From: Neocallimastix sp. 'constans'
Taxonomy: Eukaryota
Direction of reading: 5' to 3'
Assembly: GCA_050613775.1 (NCBI GenBank)
Contig: JBODTK010000132.1
Location: 248,001-312,000, forward strand
Length of the DNA: 64,000 bases
Part shown: in pieces, positions 18,802 to 34,865 of the stretch
Position numbering within the stretch: position 1 is the stretch's first letter
Layout of the letters: each line of letters starts with the position of its first letter
Notes under the pieces: model-generated
Database searches by the model: none
What the model saw: the letters and a program-made list of their open reading frames with translations, nothing else
Told to the model about the DNA's origin: nothing
Program-made: the position numbers and the translations under genes

Positions 18802-21800
18802 TTTATATTAATATTATTTCTTTTAATTTGTATAATTATAAATTTAGAAAACAATTATTAAAAAAAAAAATATTTACATATAACTAAAATAAAAAAAAAA
18901 TAAATAAATAAATAAATCTATAAAATTGTATATATTAAACACAGGATTTAATTTTAATATTTTATCCTTTATAGTCTGATTCGATTTGGTTTTTTCGCTT
19001 AAACATATATTTAAAGGAATGATAATATTGTTTTTTTAAAAAAAAAAAATAAATATTTTCTTTAAATTCATTTATATATTAATTAATTGGTTTTTTAGTA
19101 AGAGGTGAAATTAAACCAATTATAGTTTAAACGACAATATAATATATTGTCTTTATTATATAAATCTATTGTATTTACTTTTTCTGTATATTTATTATTT
19201 ATAATTATATTTGAAAAATATCTTTTCCTAACTTTATTTTATTTAATTTTATTGCCTTTTTCTTAATTCAATTCTGATTTAAATTATAGTGGTAATATTT
19301 AAGAGTATTGAAAATTAAATTTTTATTAATTTAAATTGATTAATTACATATGGTATATATAATTAAAAATTTTTATTTATGTATTAAACTTTTCATTTAT
19401 ATTTATATGTTATCATAATTATTAGAATTCTAAATGAAATTTAAAATTCAAATTTAAATGAAATATAAAATTCAAATCTTTTTTTTTTTTAAAGTTCTTT
19501 CTTTCTTTTTATAAAAGAAAAATTTTTCCATATATTTTAATTTTTAAATATAAATTTGATTTTATAAAATATTAATAATTAAAGTTATTTATAAGGATAA
19601 TTAAAATTTGATTTAGAATTTAATATATTATTTATTATTATTTATTAATATTTATTATTTATTATAATTACAAACAAAATGGTTTTCTTTATTATAGTAT
19701 ATTATTTTTAATATTTTATAATAAATTGATTATATCAAGTTTCAATATATTCTAAATAAATTCCAATATGATAAAATAAATAATTGCAAAATTTGAAGTA
19801 TTTTTTCTTGTGTTATTATTATAAAAATTATTATTATTATTATTTAATGTAATACGAGTTCTATTAAAATTTTATTAAATTTTATTCAATATATTTAATT
19901 TAATATATTACTTTTATATAAATAATAATTATAAATTAATATTAAAGATATTAAAAAAAATATTTTTTTTCTTTATAAAAAAAAAATTAATAATTAATTG
20001 AATTGAATTATTTTTATTTTCGTTTTGTTCGCTTTAAATAAAATTTCTATTATATATTTATTATGACTTAATATTACTATTAATTGTGTTATATCAATTC
20101 TTATATATTGCATTGTAATGACTTCTATTAATATTTCTGATTTTTAATTTATATATATTAATTTAATCTTATTTAATAATAAATAATAACTTTATTTTGT
20201 AAAAAAAAAAAAATTTAAATAAAAATTAAATTTATTAGTATTATTATTACATGGTAATATATTAGACATATATTAATAAATATATAGTATTATAATGGTA
20301 TATTTAAATATTATTTACTATTATTTATTGCCTTTATATCAGTTAAAAAATTTTTATATTTTTTAAATTATTGTGTTTTTTTGGCTTTTTATATAAGAGT
20401 CTGTAGTTTTTTATCATATAGGTTATATTTAATTTTTATTGTCTAATATATTATATATTATATTAAATTGTAATATAATATATCTATATTTAATTTAATA
20501 CCTCATTAATTAAATGTACTACAAATGTACATTAAAATGTTTTATGATGTAATATTAATACTATTAAAAAAAAAAAAAAAAAAAAAAACTGGAAGAACAA
20601 TGGAATAGGTTTAATTAGTATTAATATTATTATCTATAAACTATAAATTAACTTTTTGGTTATTTCTTATTGTTATTTTTCTCTTTTTTATTATTATTTT
20701 TTTTTTACTTCTTAAAAAAAAAATTCAATATATTATTTAGTTGTTTAAAAAACGAAAACTTTTTTTTTTTTATACAAATACATCGTAAAAAAATAAAAAA
20801 ATTATATATATATTTTTTTAATTTTGGGTGATAGCCTTTGAATATAGTTTAGTTTTATAATATATTAATGTTAATTAATTGCGTAGTACAAGAAATATAT
20901 TATTAAATAATTATAATTTTTTTTATTTATTACTAGATTTTTGAACTTTTTTTTTGTTTTGTTTTTTTTGTTTTGTTTTGTTTTGTTTTTAAAATACCTA
21001 AGATTTTCAACAGATTTAAATTAAAAGTGGTAAATCTAAATTTATTTAAATATCTTCTTTTTAAACATGTAAGTTTTGTCTATAATTAAAACATTATATA
21101 TGATCTTAAAATTTATTCTAATTATAATATATTATTATTTATTATTTAATTATTTTATTATTTATTATTTATTATTAATTATTATTTAATTATTATTTAA
21201 TTATTTTATTATTTATTATTTTATTATTTAATTATTTATTATTATTTATTATTTATTATTTAATTATTTATTATTATTTATTATTTATTATTTATTTATT
21301 TATTATTTATTATTTATTATTTATTATTTATTATTTATTATTTATTATTTAATTATTTAATTATTTATTATTAATTATTATTTATTTATTATTTATTTAT
21401 TTATTTTGTATTATATATTTATTTATTAATTTTGAAATATATTTTGATTTATATATATACATATATATATTTTAATGTGATATATTAAATAAAAAAAAAA
21501 AAAATTATTTTATATATCATTCATATCATTTATATGTGTAAAATTATTTGTATAATCCATCTAATTTATTTAATATTGATAATTATTATATCTCAATATA
21601 ATAGTTATTGTATGACTAGATTTATATCTTATCATAATTGAAAATCAATTTCTATATGAACCTCATCTAATAATTATTTATTTTTTAAACCTGTATTTAA
21701 TATTTTAAATATAATATTATAATATTTAAAAAAAAAGTGAAAAAAGATTACTTTTAAGAAAAAAACTTTTTGGTTTTTTATTAATTTAATTATTTTAATA

Positions 21801-23484
21801 GGATAAAATAATTTCACTGATTTATTTTATTTTGATTTATATATTGATTATATTTTATTTTAAATAAAATATTAATATAAATAATTTTGTTGTTGTAAAT
21901 CAAAAATATAAAAATAAATTATTTTAAATGTAAAACAATTAAAATATTTATTCATATTATTAAAACTTATATGTATTTCTTATTATTTCTTTTTTTTTTT
22001 TTTTTTGTATTTGTTTTTGTCTTTGTATGTTTACTTTTCTAATTATTTATTCATTATTCGGAATAAATATTGGTTATATATATATAATCTTTCTTTTATT
22101 TTTATTTTCTTTCTTTTTTTTTTTTTTTTTTAAAATAAGTTTTATTTACTTTTATCATATTATTTTTTTTAATGCTAATAAAAATTAAAATTTAAAACCA
22201 AAAAAAAAAATTAAACAAATATACTTTAATATTTAAATATCTTCGTTCTTTCCTTTAATAAATATTATAAAAAATTTTTTATCAATTACTAAACTTAAAA
22301 AAAAAAAAAAAAAAAAAAGATTTATTTAATATATAAATATATATATATATATATATTTTTTTTTTTTAAAAATTTACCTGAAACAATTATTATTATAAAA
22401 TACTATTTCATATGAGTATTTTACATTGATAAATATATTTTATTAATTTTATAATAATATATGTATGAATTAATATTAATTTTTACCTATTATTTGTATA
22501 AAAAAAAAGGTGCTATTTTAATATATTCTATTATACATCAAAATATATAAGAAAATAAATCAATAACAAATTATTCTTGTTATTAACTAAAATAATAATA
22601 ATAATAAATTAATAAAAATGCTGATATAATATAAATGAAATTAAAGATGAAAATACTCAACACTCAATAGATCTGTTCATTTATCGTAATGATACCAGGT
22701 CATGTAAATTTTGGACTTTCAAATACCTTTTAGTATTTTTTGACAGGTTTGTTTACCTTTTTTCTATAATGCCAAGTAAAAACCAAATAATAAAAAAATT
22801 ATTTCAATAGTATCAGCTTATCACCCAGAATAGATAACTTTTATTAAATAATTTTATCTTTCATTCAAAATAACAAAGTTTTAACTTCAAAATGTTTGAT
22901 AGACATATATATATAATATATTAATTTTACCACATTTTTTAATTTTACTTCCTTCTTTAGTACTAATTAAATTTTTTTTTAATAATAAAATTTTTAACTT
23001 TATTTAATTATTAAATAAAAATTATATGTAAATATATTTAAAATTATTTCATAATGTTAAATTTATCTGTTTAGCTTATTGGATAAAAATATTTAAAACA
23101 CTTAAGATTAATGGATTTATATTAATATTTAAGATTTTAATTTAGTTACTTTAAAAATAAATAATAATTAGAGTTAATTTTTAATTAAATTTTAATATGA
23201 TTTATGATTATTTCTTAGTTTGTTAGATTAAAAAAAAAAAAAAAGGAATAACTTTAAAAAATAAAAGATATTTTAATATTAAATTGTAAATTTAAAAAAA
23301 AAAAATAAATATAAACCGTAAACTTTTTAATTAATTAAAAATACGAATATATTATAATATATTAATATATTATAATATTTAAATCTATACAAAATAAAAA
23401 ATTAAATGGTATTAAGATATTAGTTTAAATTAATCCATATCTTTGTTAAAAGTATTCTTTTATTGCTACAAAATAAAAAATATA

Positions 23485-23518
<34 letters not shown>

Positions 23519-24269
23519 TATAAAATAATAATAAAAATATATAAAGCAATAATAATAAAAAAAAAATAATAATGAAATTTAAAATTTTATTATTATTAAT
23601 AATATTTTACTTTTTAACAACCAAATATTTATTACTTATTTGAATAAATATAATTATTAATAAAAAATATTTAAATGTTTATATATCATTTTTATATTAA
23701 TATTTAATAATTTTAAAATTAACTAGATATATCTATTATTAAATTATTTCCATACTATTGCAATTTTATCATTTTAAATAAATTATTAAATAATATCTAA
23801 AAATATCTTAAATATCATATTCTACTATAAATTAAATATTATTCTATTATAAATTAAAGTAATATATAATAAATAATAAATATTTTATTTTATCTAATGA
23901 AAAAAAATTTTTTTTTTTGAAAATTATAAAAATCAAAGTGGAGTAGAAAAATTATTATTGTAATTTTGATATTAATATGATAAATTTTGAATTCTATAAG
24001 CGGCTTAAAATAAAGTATTTAAAATTAAAATATACTGATAAAAAAAATTAATATAAAAACTTATTTTTTTTTTCTCAATAAAATATTAATTAAATACTAA
24101 ACAATAAAAAAAAAATTATTAAATAATTATATTTTATTTTATTAAAATTTTTATTTAATATTTTTTAATTTTTATTGTATATATTTTTTAACTATTATAA
24201 AATTATAAATATAAAAATTATATATATTATTTAATTTTTATTTAATATTATTTTATTTTTTTATATATT

Positions 24270-25260
24270 ATTTTATTTTATTCAATCTGTACTTTATATT
24301 TAATATTCTACAATTTATTTTATTTTATTTTATTTTATTTTATTTTATTCAATCTGTACTTTATATTTAATATTCTACTATTTATTTTATTTTATTTTAT
24401 TTTATTTTATTTTATTTTATTCAATCTGTACTTTATATTTAATATTCTACTATTTATTTTATTTTATTTTATTTTATTTTATTTTATTTTATTTTATTTT
24501 ATTCAATCTGTACTTTATATTTAATATTCTACTATTTATTTTATTTTATTTTATTTTATTCAATCTGTACTTTATATTTAATATTCTACTATTTATTTTA
24601 TTTTATTTTATTTTATTTTATTCAATCTGTACTTTATATTTAATATTCTACTATTTATTTTATTTTATTTTATTTTATTTTATTTTATTCAATCTGTACT
24701 TTATATTTAATATTCTACTATTTATTTTATTTTATTTTATTTTATTTTATTTTATTCAATCTGTACTTTATATTTAATATTCTACTATTTATTTTATTTT
24801 ATTTTATTTTATTCAATCTGTACTTTATATTTAATATTCTACTATTTATTTTATTTTATTTTATTTTATTTTATTTTATTCAATCTGTACTTTATATTTA
24901 ATATTCTACTATTTATTTTATTTTAATTTATTTTATTCAATCTGTACTTTATATTTAATATTCTACTATTTATTTTATTTTATTTTATTTTATTCAATCT
25001 GTACTTTATATTTAATATTCTACTATTTATTTTATTTTATTTTATTTTATTTTATTTTATTTTATTTTATTTTATTTTATTTTATTTTATTCAATCTGTA
25101 CTTTATATTTAATATTCTACTATTTATTTTATTTTATTTTATTTTATTTTATTTTATTCTATCTGTACTTTAATCATATTCCTATTTCAACTATTTATTA
25201 TATTATATTATATTATATTTAATCTGTACTTTAATTCAATATTCTACTATTTATTTTATT
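24270..25260. repeat. Composite satellite array 1: constant ~37-bp unit TTCAATCTGTACTTTATATTTAATATTCTACTATTTA separated by variable (TTTTA)n
   Basis: 13 near-identical units starting from 24281 to about 25090, plus 2 degenerate units at the right end, counted by eye. Confidence 0.95.
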
Positions 25261-27229
25261 TATCCTTTTTACTAAAATTCACTTTAATCCCAATTTAAAC
25301 TTTCAATTTAAATTAGTTTTAATACTATTCAATATAAAAAATTAATAAAATAATTTTTTTTCATAAATTAATTGATGTTTATAATAATATCAATATAAAT
25401 TAATTTTTGTAAATCATTTTTTTCATTTGACATTCTATAAAATATATATATAATTAATATAAATATATATATATTTTTTTGATAATTAATATTAGTGATA
25501 ATATAATATTTATTTTTATTACTATTATAAAATAAGCACAATCTTTTGTTGTTATTATTATTAATACTATTTTTTTTTCTATTATTATTATTTCTCTAAA
25601 ACTGTTGATCTGTTAATAATCTCTAAATATCAGTTTTTAATATTTACCGTTGGAATAAATTTATAAATTTATTAAAAACATAATTAAATCATTATTATTA
25701 AAATTTATATTGAATAATGTTAATTAAATATAAAGTTGGATAAAAAAATAAAATAAAAATGATAAAATTTTATTAAAAATCAAAAAAAAAAAAAAAAAAA
25801 AAAATAAAATAAAATAAAATAAAATATATGTATATATGATAAATCTTATGATAAATCATTAAATGTACCATATAACGTAATAAATTATACATAATAATAT
25901 TTGTTACATAATATTACTTCAATAGATTAATTTTAGATTAATAATACTTCTACTATTTATTTTTAATTTTTTCAAATTATTTTTAATTATGAAGCTGTTA
26001 TTTATATTTAAACATAAATATTGTTTAATAAAACTATAAAAAAAAAAAAAAGAAAAAATAATTATTATTAATAATATTAGTATTATTAGTATTATGGTTA
26101 GTATTGTTATTAGTATTAATATCATTAGTTTTAGTATTATTTTTGGTGTTAATAATATCATTAGTATTACTATTATACTATTATTATTATTATTATTAGT
26201 AGTAGTATTACTATAAATGCATAGCATTATTTAAAATATTTATAATTAATATATTTTAATCTTTATTGAATCAAATAATTTATAAAAAAATATTTGATAA
26301 TTTAAACATTAAAAAAAAAAAAAAAAAAAAAAAGTGCATTATATAGCTTTTACTAAATCTTTTCTGTATTTTTTCAATGAAAATTAATTGTACAACTTTT
26401 TAAAATACAAAAATATATATATATATAAATCAATAAACATTGAGTTAAAGTATTAAATACTTACTAAATAAATTACTTTATAATATATTATTTATTATTT
26501 AATTCATTAATGTATTTTAATTATTTAATAAAATGGTTTCCATATTAAACAATGTCAATTAAATTAAAAAAACAATTTATACTTGAAGTGGCACAATACT
26601 TATTTAAAACATAATAATTTTTTTTTTTTTTAAATTTTTTATTATATAGTTTTTTATTTTTTAATTATTTATTAATTATTTATTAATTATAGATTATTAA
26701 TTAAATATTATATATTATTATTTGTTATTTGTTATTTATTAATTTTTATTAGAATAAAGTTTTTTTTTTATTTTATTTTTTATTTAATTATAACTTAATT
26801 TGGTCGCATTTAAATTAATATTTTTTTAAAAAAAAAAAAATTATACAAAAAATGTTAAAATTTTTTTTAAAAAAAAAAAAAAAAAAAAAATTTATACAAA
26901 AAAATGTTAATAAAGTAATTAAACTTTATTTTACATATTTTTTTTAATTAACGCTTAAAGTATATAAGTAAAATTTGTGGCTTATTGTATGTAATGTAAC
27001 GTTTTATGGATCAATTAAATTAAAATGCATAATTTTTAAAATAAAAATAATTTTTATAATAATCAAATATAACTTTTTAATAAATAAAGTCTATTATAAA
27101 AAATAATTATTTAATAGATAAAGAGTCTTAATGACTCAGTGTTTTTAAAGAGAAAAAATATAATTAAATTCAATTAAACAAATCACACATAAATATAATA
27201 ATACTATTATTATATTAAAATATATTAGA

Positions 27230-27480
27230 ATGACAGAAAATATTACAGCCATGAAAGATTTGTTAATTGAAAATAATTATAGATTATGGTTAAACAGCGA
27301 TGGATCTTCTACTAACCATCAGAGAAGTTGATGATTATGTTTATGGAGAAATCGAAAATAGCCAATGAAGAGTTGAAGATTCATTTAAAAGCAAAAAAGG
27401 AAAGTTAATTTATATTACTCAAAGGACGTAATAAAGGACATGATGAAATCACCTACTTCACTGGCTGTAACAAGAAGCTT
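27230..27480 (+). mobile_element. Possible Copia-type gag N-terminal remnant
   Basis: MTENITAMKDLLIENNYRLW, then a frameshift to MDLLLTIREVDDYVYGEIE; this resembles the L..NY..W...M.LLL....L.D.V.G start of Copia gag proteins. Confidence 0.45.
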
Positions 27481-28345
27481 TTTTTACCATTGTGCTAGAG
27501 TTCGGATTATCATCATATTTAAATTCTTCCAGTAAACATATGAATTTATTAAGAGAGAAAATTGCTTCATGTTTATCCCTTCAAATTCAACTAGACTATT
27601 TAATTTTCTTACTAGGAGGTGGTGTAGATAAACTATCTGGAGATGCTTTTTTTTTTTACAAAAAAAAAATAGGTGGTAAGTGATTAAAGATATCATTAAA
27701 AGAATTGCATTCAAAAGTAATATTCCGATAATCTCTTAATTCATCGTTATAAATTATAAAGTCTATACAAAGATTCTTTCCACTATTAGATCAAATAAAA
27801 TGGTGACCAACCATACTCATAACAAACTATTGAGGAGAAATTCTAAAAATAAGATCTTTATGTTGCTATTTAGTAATGTTGAAATCACCAACAATAATAA
27901 AAGAGTTACTCTGGTGATTCTTAAATCATTTAGCATAAATAGTTTTCGCCTTTTCTTTTTCTATGGAATCTTTACTTTTTTTTTTTTTTTTTTTGCTGAG
28001 GATGTAAATGTTTCCTATTGAACTTCTAACACCCCAAAAGGAAACTATATTTACTGAGAGTTTATATCTATATTCTAAATTATCATTAATGAATTGATAG
28101 GAAATGTGGATACTAATATAAAGGCCATTCATGCCAGAGATTTTCATGTCTGCACGTCTCAGCATTGTTCCATAATGATTAAGAAATGGATAGGAATTGA
28201 AAAAAAGAATTTAGGAATGAACTATTGCGGACTTCTTGAAGACAAATTTATTCTTTTAATAGATAAGTGTTTTTTAATCATATATAATAATCTTCAAATA
28301 ATCCGTAATGTTATTATAGTTAACTCTTAGGATGAAGTAGTTTTC
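27480..28345 (-). mobile_element. Decayed non-LTR retrotransposon (LINE) APE-type endonuclease fragment
   Basis: The minus strand carries, in order, ICLQEV (~28230-28246), SFIIVGDFNI (~27875-27905), SCIDFIIYN (~27750-27775) and DIFNHLP (cf. SDH.P), disrupted by stops and frameshifts. Confidence 0.75.
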
Positions 28346-28583
28346 CATAATAATATAGTATTTTTTTAATACTTTCGTGAATAATTTCATTTCAATTTGA
28401 TATATATATATATAAATAATTTTACTTAAGAACTCCCATAGTTTACTTTCAGTCTACCATTCAAGGTTATGAATAAAAATTAAAATATTTATTTTTTTGG
28501 CCAGGACCAAAAGTCTCAGATCTATACGATATTATTTAAAAAAAAAATTGTTATAAAAATAAAATAAAAAATTAGTAAATGAA

Positions 28584-28633
<50 letters not shown>

Positions 28634-28882
28634 AAATAAAATAAAGTTTTCACTGTGATTTTTTCTTTGGAGTTTATTTATTTATTTTTTTTATTCAATA
28701 TGTATTCATATTCGACAATTTATTTTATTTTATTTTTAAGTATTATCTTCGATAATTATTATTTTTTTTCCATTAATATTTCCATTCACTACCAATATTT
28801 ATATGATAAAGTTGCAAACCTACATGAAATAAATATATATATATATATAAAATAATAAAAAAAAAAAAAAAAAATAAAATTA

Positions 28883-29060
<178 letters not shown>

Positions 29061-29421
29061 CTACATTTTAAAAAATGTATATAATTATTTATTTTTATTT
29101 ATTATTTCATATTTTATATTTATTTATTTATTTTTAATAATACTATGATTAAAAATAATAATACAAAAAATATATATATAGTAAATTTTTATCTATAGGA
29201 TGTGATTGTATACAAGAATTAAAAAAGAAAAAAAAAAAATTTATATAAATAACATAATATATATTATTAATTTACAGTACTTTCTTATCTATGTTAAGTT
29301 TATTATAATAAAAATTTACTTTATATATTTAAGTTAAATATGATTTTTAAGATTATATAAAAAAAAAATTATTATTATTGATTATAAATTATTCATTGAT
29401 TATAATTTCTATGTTAATTTT

Positions 29422-29451
<30 letters not shown>

Positions 29452-29457
<6 letters not shown>

Positions 29458-30294
29458 TTTTTCAATGATTTCTTGAAGAAATTTATTACTTTTAATTTCT
29501 GGTGTATATTTATCATTAAGTTTAATAATTGCTAATCCTAGTTCATCTTTAGACATATTCTTTAAATTTGGAATACTAGAAAAATCATTAAGATAGTTTT
29601 TAATAATACGATTGCCTCCTTCAATTTCTTCTCGACAACAATTCGTTGGCCTTTTCTTCTTCCTTTGTGGTGCATCATCATCAGTGGTTGTTGTTGTGGT
29701 ACCGGTGGAAAAATCTTCTAATTCGGCTGCTTTTCTTTTAGAGAGTTTAATGACATCCTTTGGGAAATCGGCTAACTCTGCAACATGAATACCAAAACTT
29801 TGATCACATGTACCTTCAACAACCTTATATAGTAGGGTAATTGAGGTATCTGTAGTATAGGCATCCACATGGAGATTAGTGACATAAGATAATTGATTTT
29901 GAAGAAGGGTTAATTCATGAAAGTGAGTTGCAAATAAACAATAACATTTAATTTCTTTAGCAATATATTCGGAAATAGCCCATGCTAATCCAAATCCATC
30001 ATAGGTTGAAGTACCTCTACCTAATTCATCAATAATAATTAAGGAATTCTCCGTGGCTGATTTTAGAATGGAAGCTGTTTCTAACATTTCAGACATAAAG
30101 GTGGATACCCCCTTATATTGACAATCCCCAGCACCAATACGGGCTAATATAGAATCAAATATACAAATTTTGGCTTCATCACACGGTACAAAACAACCTA
30201 TTTGGGCCATCAAAGCAATAACCCCAATTTGTCTAATATAGGTCGATTTACCTCCCATATTTGGACCTGTTATAATTTGGAACATTCGAGATTC

Positions 30295-30326
<32 letters not shown>

Positions 30327-30483
30327 TATATATATATATATATAAATAAATATAAAAAAAAAAAAAATAAATAAATATATAATAAATAAATATATAATAA
30401 ATAAATATATAAATTATATATATATATAATTTATAATTAATATATTAAATATTTAAAAATATTAAGCTAATAATAATAATAAC

Positions 30484-30520
<37 letters not shown>

Positions 30521-30784
30521 GTCATTAATTATATTTATTTACCTCTATTCATATCAACATCATTAGATATGAAATTTACATCATCTTGAACTTCAAGACA
30601 TGGATGTCTCGCATTTATTAACTTGAAGCTTCCTGTTTTAATATTTATAATAATGAAATTATTTTGCTTTAGTATTACCTTTTTTTTTTTTTTTTTTAAT
30701 TTATATATTGAATTTGTTTTTATTTAATTATTTATTTTATAATATTTTTATTTAAAAAAAAAAAATAAATAAATAATGATAATA

Positions 30785-30818
<34 letters not shown>

Positions 30819-31630
30819 CAACTTACGATCATTACTGATTACTGGTCTAATATAGGGAATTGGTGCATTTACGGATATATGTGCAAAACTATAGTATAAA
30901 ATATGTATAAAATATGTATATATATGTAAGGAATTATATTATTTTTTATACATAATATATAAATATAAATGAATAATTCATTAAAATATATTATATATAT
31001 ATATATATAAATTTAATTAATTACCTTGTGAAGACATCAATTTGGGATATAATATCATCAAGCATTTCTAAAGCTTTACAATAAGTACCTGCTATATTAA
31101 TAATTTCTTTAGATAAGGCAGATGAATTTTTGGTATATTCTTCAAGTTTATATTTATATTGTTCATTTATTATATTTAATCTTGAATTTGTGAAAAGAAC
31201 ACCAGCTTTTTGAGTTGATAGTTCCATATATTGTGACTTTTTATGTAAACATTTTTGATTCTAAAATAATATAATAAATATAGGTTAATAATCATCTTTT
31301 TTTTTTTTTTTTTTATTTTATTTTATTTTTATTTATTTATTTATTTATTATATTTTATTTTGCTTTATTTTATTTTTACTTTTATATTTTATTATATTAA
31401 TAATTCAAATAATTACTAATAAATGATAATTAAAATATATTTATATTTACAGCTCTCGGAATTCTGAAATGATAACCATACAAAGAATTATTTTCCAATT
31501 TTAATTTTTTATTTAATTCTAATCCAATATCTTCTGCGACCTTATTTTAATATTTAATATTTATTTAATTTACAATTATTATTAAAATAAAAATAAAAAT
31601 AAAAATAAAATATAATAAAATAAAATAAAC

Positions 31631-31670
<40 letters not shown>

Positions 31671-32370
31671 AATGAAATTTTATTATTTTTATCATTAAAA
31701 ATAAATCATTATTATATTCATATTTATTAATATTTATTATTTATTACTATTATTATTTTTTAATATTTATTATTTATTATATTAAATAATATTTACCCTT
31801 TCAGATTCTTCATTAATTTCACTTATAAGACTATTCATTTCTTGTCTTAATCCTTTATTTTTTATGTTATTATTTTGTTATAATTATTAAATTTACATAC
31901 ATATATATATATAATTATTTTTATTACATTATTTAATCATTTATTATATAAATAATATAAATTATTGAAATATATATATATATATATTTAATCAACATAC
32001 TTAAAAGATCTTCATCAAAATCAGCTTTAATTAAATATTCATGATCTTCTGTAGCCTCTAAATCAATTGTAGACTCTACTAATTCTGCATATTTAGCAAG
32101 ATCAACAATAATATTATCTATAGGTTTAATAAATTTTTCATTAATAATATTTTTATATTTTCCATCATCTGCTTCTAAAGATGATTTTAAAAGTGGTAAA
32201 TCTTGTATAGTTTGATATATGCGTACAACATCCTTTAATTATAATATAATATTAAATTCAACAATAATAAATAAATAAATAAATATATATATATATATAT
32301 ATTTATATATAATTAATATAAAATAATAATAATAATAATAATTATAAATATATAAGTAGAATTAATACAA

Positions 32371-32422
<52 letters not shown>

Positions 32423-34508
32423 GTGTATCATTATTATTAATAATAATATATTATTATTATTAAATTAAAATAAATGTTAATATTTACTTGAAGTGATGCT
32501 GATTGTCTTTGAAACTTTTTACCAATTCTTTTGAAGTCTGGCATTCTTTTTAAATGTTCTTCCTTTATATACAAATAATATTGAATTTAAAATTATTTAA
32601 TATATATATTATAATTAATTAAATTTCAAATTATATATATATAAAAAAGGTAATACTTGAAGAGCTTGTCTTAATTCGGTATTCTCTATTAATTCTTCAA
32701 CAATATTATACCTCATTTCTAATTTATTATAAATTATAAATTATATATATATATATATATATATTATATTTTTTATTAAAAATGGTTTTAATTTAAAATT
32801 CTTTCTTTTCTTAAAAAATTACATCTTAAAATATTAAAATAGTTTTTGTTATTATTAATATTTTACCAATTTCATCAACATTTTTTAATGGTTGTTTTAA
32901 AAATGTTTTTAATAATCTTGCACCTTGTGTTGTTTTACAATTATTTAATAACCCTGATAAACTCATTGTTCTACTATGATCTTTTTAATGAATCAAATAT
33001 TAAAATATTATAATATATATATAACATTTTTTTTTTAACAAAATTCATATAATTTATAATTAATTCACTATTTTAATATCTTTATAAACTTAATTAAATT
33101 ATATTAATGTTAAAAAGAGATTATAAAAAAATATTAAACCTTCAGATGTTTCAATTAAATTTAAAGCTCTAACTGCTGAAGCATCAAGACGCATATATTG
33201 AGAAAGTTCATGTGATTGAATAGTATATTCACCCATATTGGAATCATCTTCTACTAATTTTAAATAATCTATTAAACAAGCACAAGCAGAGAGGGCTAAT
33301 TTCATATCAAATTCAGCTATTGTTGTTTTTATAACATAATATATACATATATATATATTCAATAATTCGAAAATTTAAAATCCATTTTGTTGGTATTTCA
33401 TATTATAAGCTTACGTGAAGATGTAATATTTTCATCATTTGTTAAAAATTTTAAATCTTGTTCAATACTTTTGGTATTAAATTTTTCTAATAATTTAAAT
33501 ATTTTGAAAAAAAAAAAAAAAAAAAAAAAAAAAGTATAAAAATTAATAATAAGTTAATTACAAAAGAAAAAAAATTAATAATTCTAATATTCTTATATAT
33601 ATAAAAAAAACTTAATTATAATAATTTACGTTTTTTAATTAATGTTATTGCTATATCACATCGTGACAAAACATCTCTTATCTTCTTTAATTCATAATTT
33701 AATGGATCATCAAGCATTAAACACTCTTTTGCGTTTATTTGAATACAAAATGACTAACATAAATATACATAGATATTTATATATCAGTTAAATTAATATA
33801 AATGATAATTTCAAATAAACATATTTTTTTTTTAAAAAAAAAAAAATTATATTTACTTCAAAATTACTATAAATATCATTATCAAGAAATTCAGTAATTC
33901 CCATGTTTCTAAAAGTAGCATCTGCATAAGATACACCAATTCTCTATTAAATGTATTATAAAAAAAAAACAAAAAAAAAAAAAAAGCATATATTAACATA
34001 ACATCAAACTATTTTACTATCTAAAATATATACTTCAAACTATATACATAATAAACGTAACCATTTTCTTTATTTTTAAACTTACAGTTTCATTATTATT
34101 ACTTTCAACTCTAATAGCACAAATTACTGGAGATATTGAAAAATCAGTTGTACCAAAAATTTCTTCCTCAAAATTTTGTAAATTACCAGGTGAAGCCTTT
34201 AAAAATTTTATAATTTTGAAAAAATATAATTAATTATTACAACTTCAATTTTATCTAATTTAAATTAAACATCTTATTGTTGGTCTCTTTTTATATATTG
34301 AATGATAAAATATATTTATAAATTTATAATACTTTTTTAGATAATGTCCAATTATTAGGAGTATTTTTAGCAGTTGAATAAATTTCGATCTTTTTCTGCT
34401 TATTTAAAAGTGAATCTTTCATGTAATTAATTGCATTGATTTTTGATATAATACAAGAAGGAATTCCAGTTTTTGCATTTCCTGAATTATCAAATAAAAT
34501 TGAAAAAA

Positions 34509-34557
<49 letters not shown>

Positions 34558-34811
34558 GTATATATAATTCACATAATATATATATTTAATATATATAAGT
34601 TTTAAATTTTATTATAATATATACATAAAAATATATTTATTATTATTATTATTACTACTAAATAATAACATAATATCATAATTACCACAAATATATTTTA
34701 ATATTGTTGTAGTTTTGAAAACATCATGAGCTGCATTTAATGCATCATCTCCATATAAGCAATAAAATACCTTATCAATTTTATTTAAATTGAATTATTA
34801 ATATCTAATAA

Positions 34812-34865
<54 letters not shown>

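Noticed and set aside
22640..22900. Complex-sequence patch in the gene-free region
   Set aside because: Frequent stops and no identifiable motif in the frames examined.
24270..25260. CRISPR array
   Set aside because: The spacers are only (TTTTA)n, not unique sequences; there are no cas genes; the context is eukaryotic.
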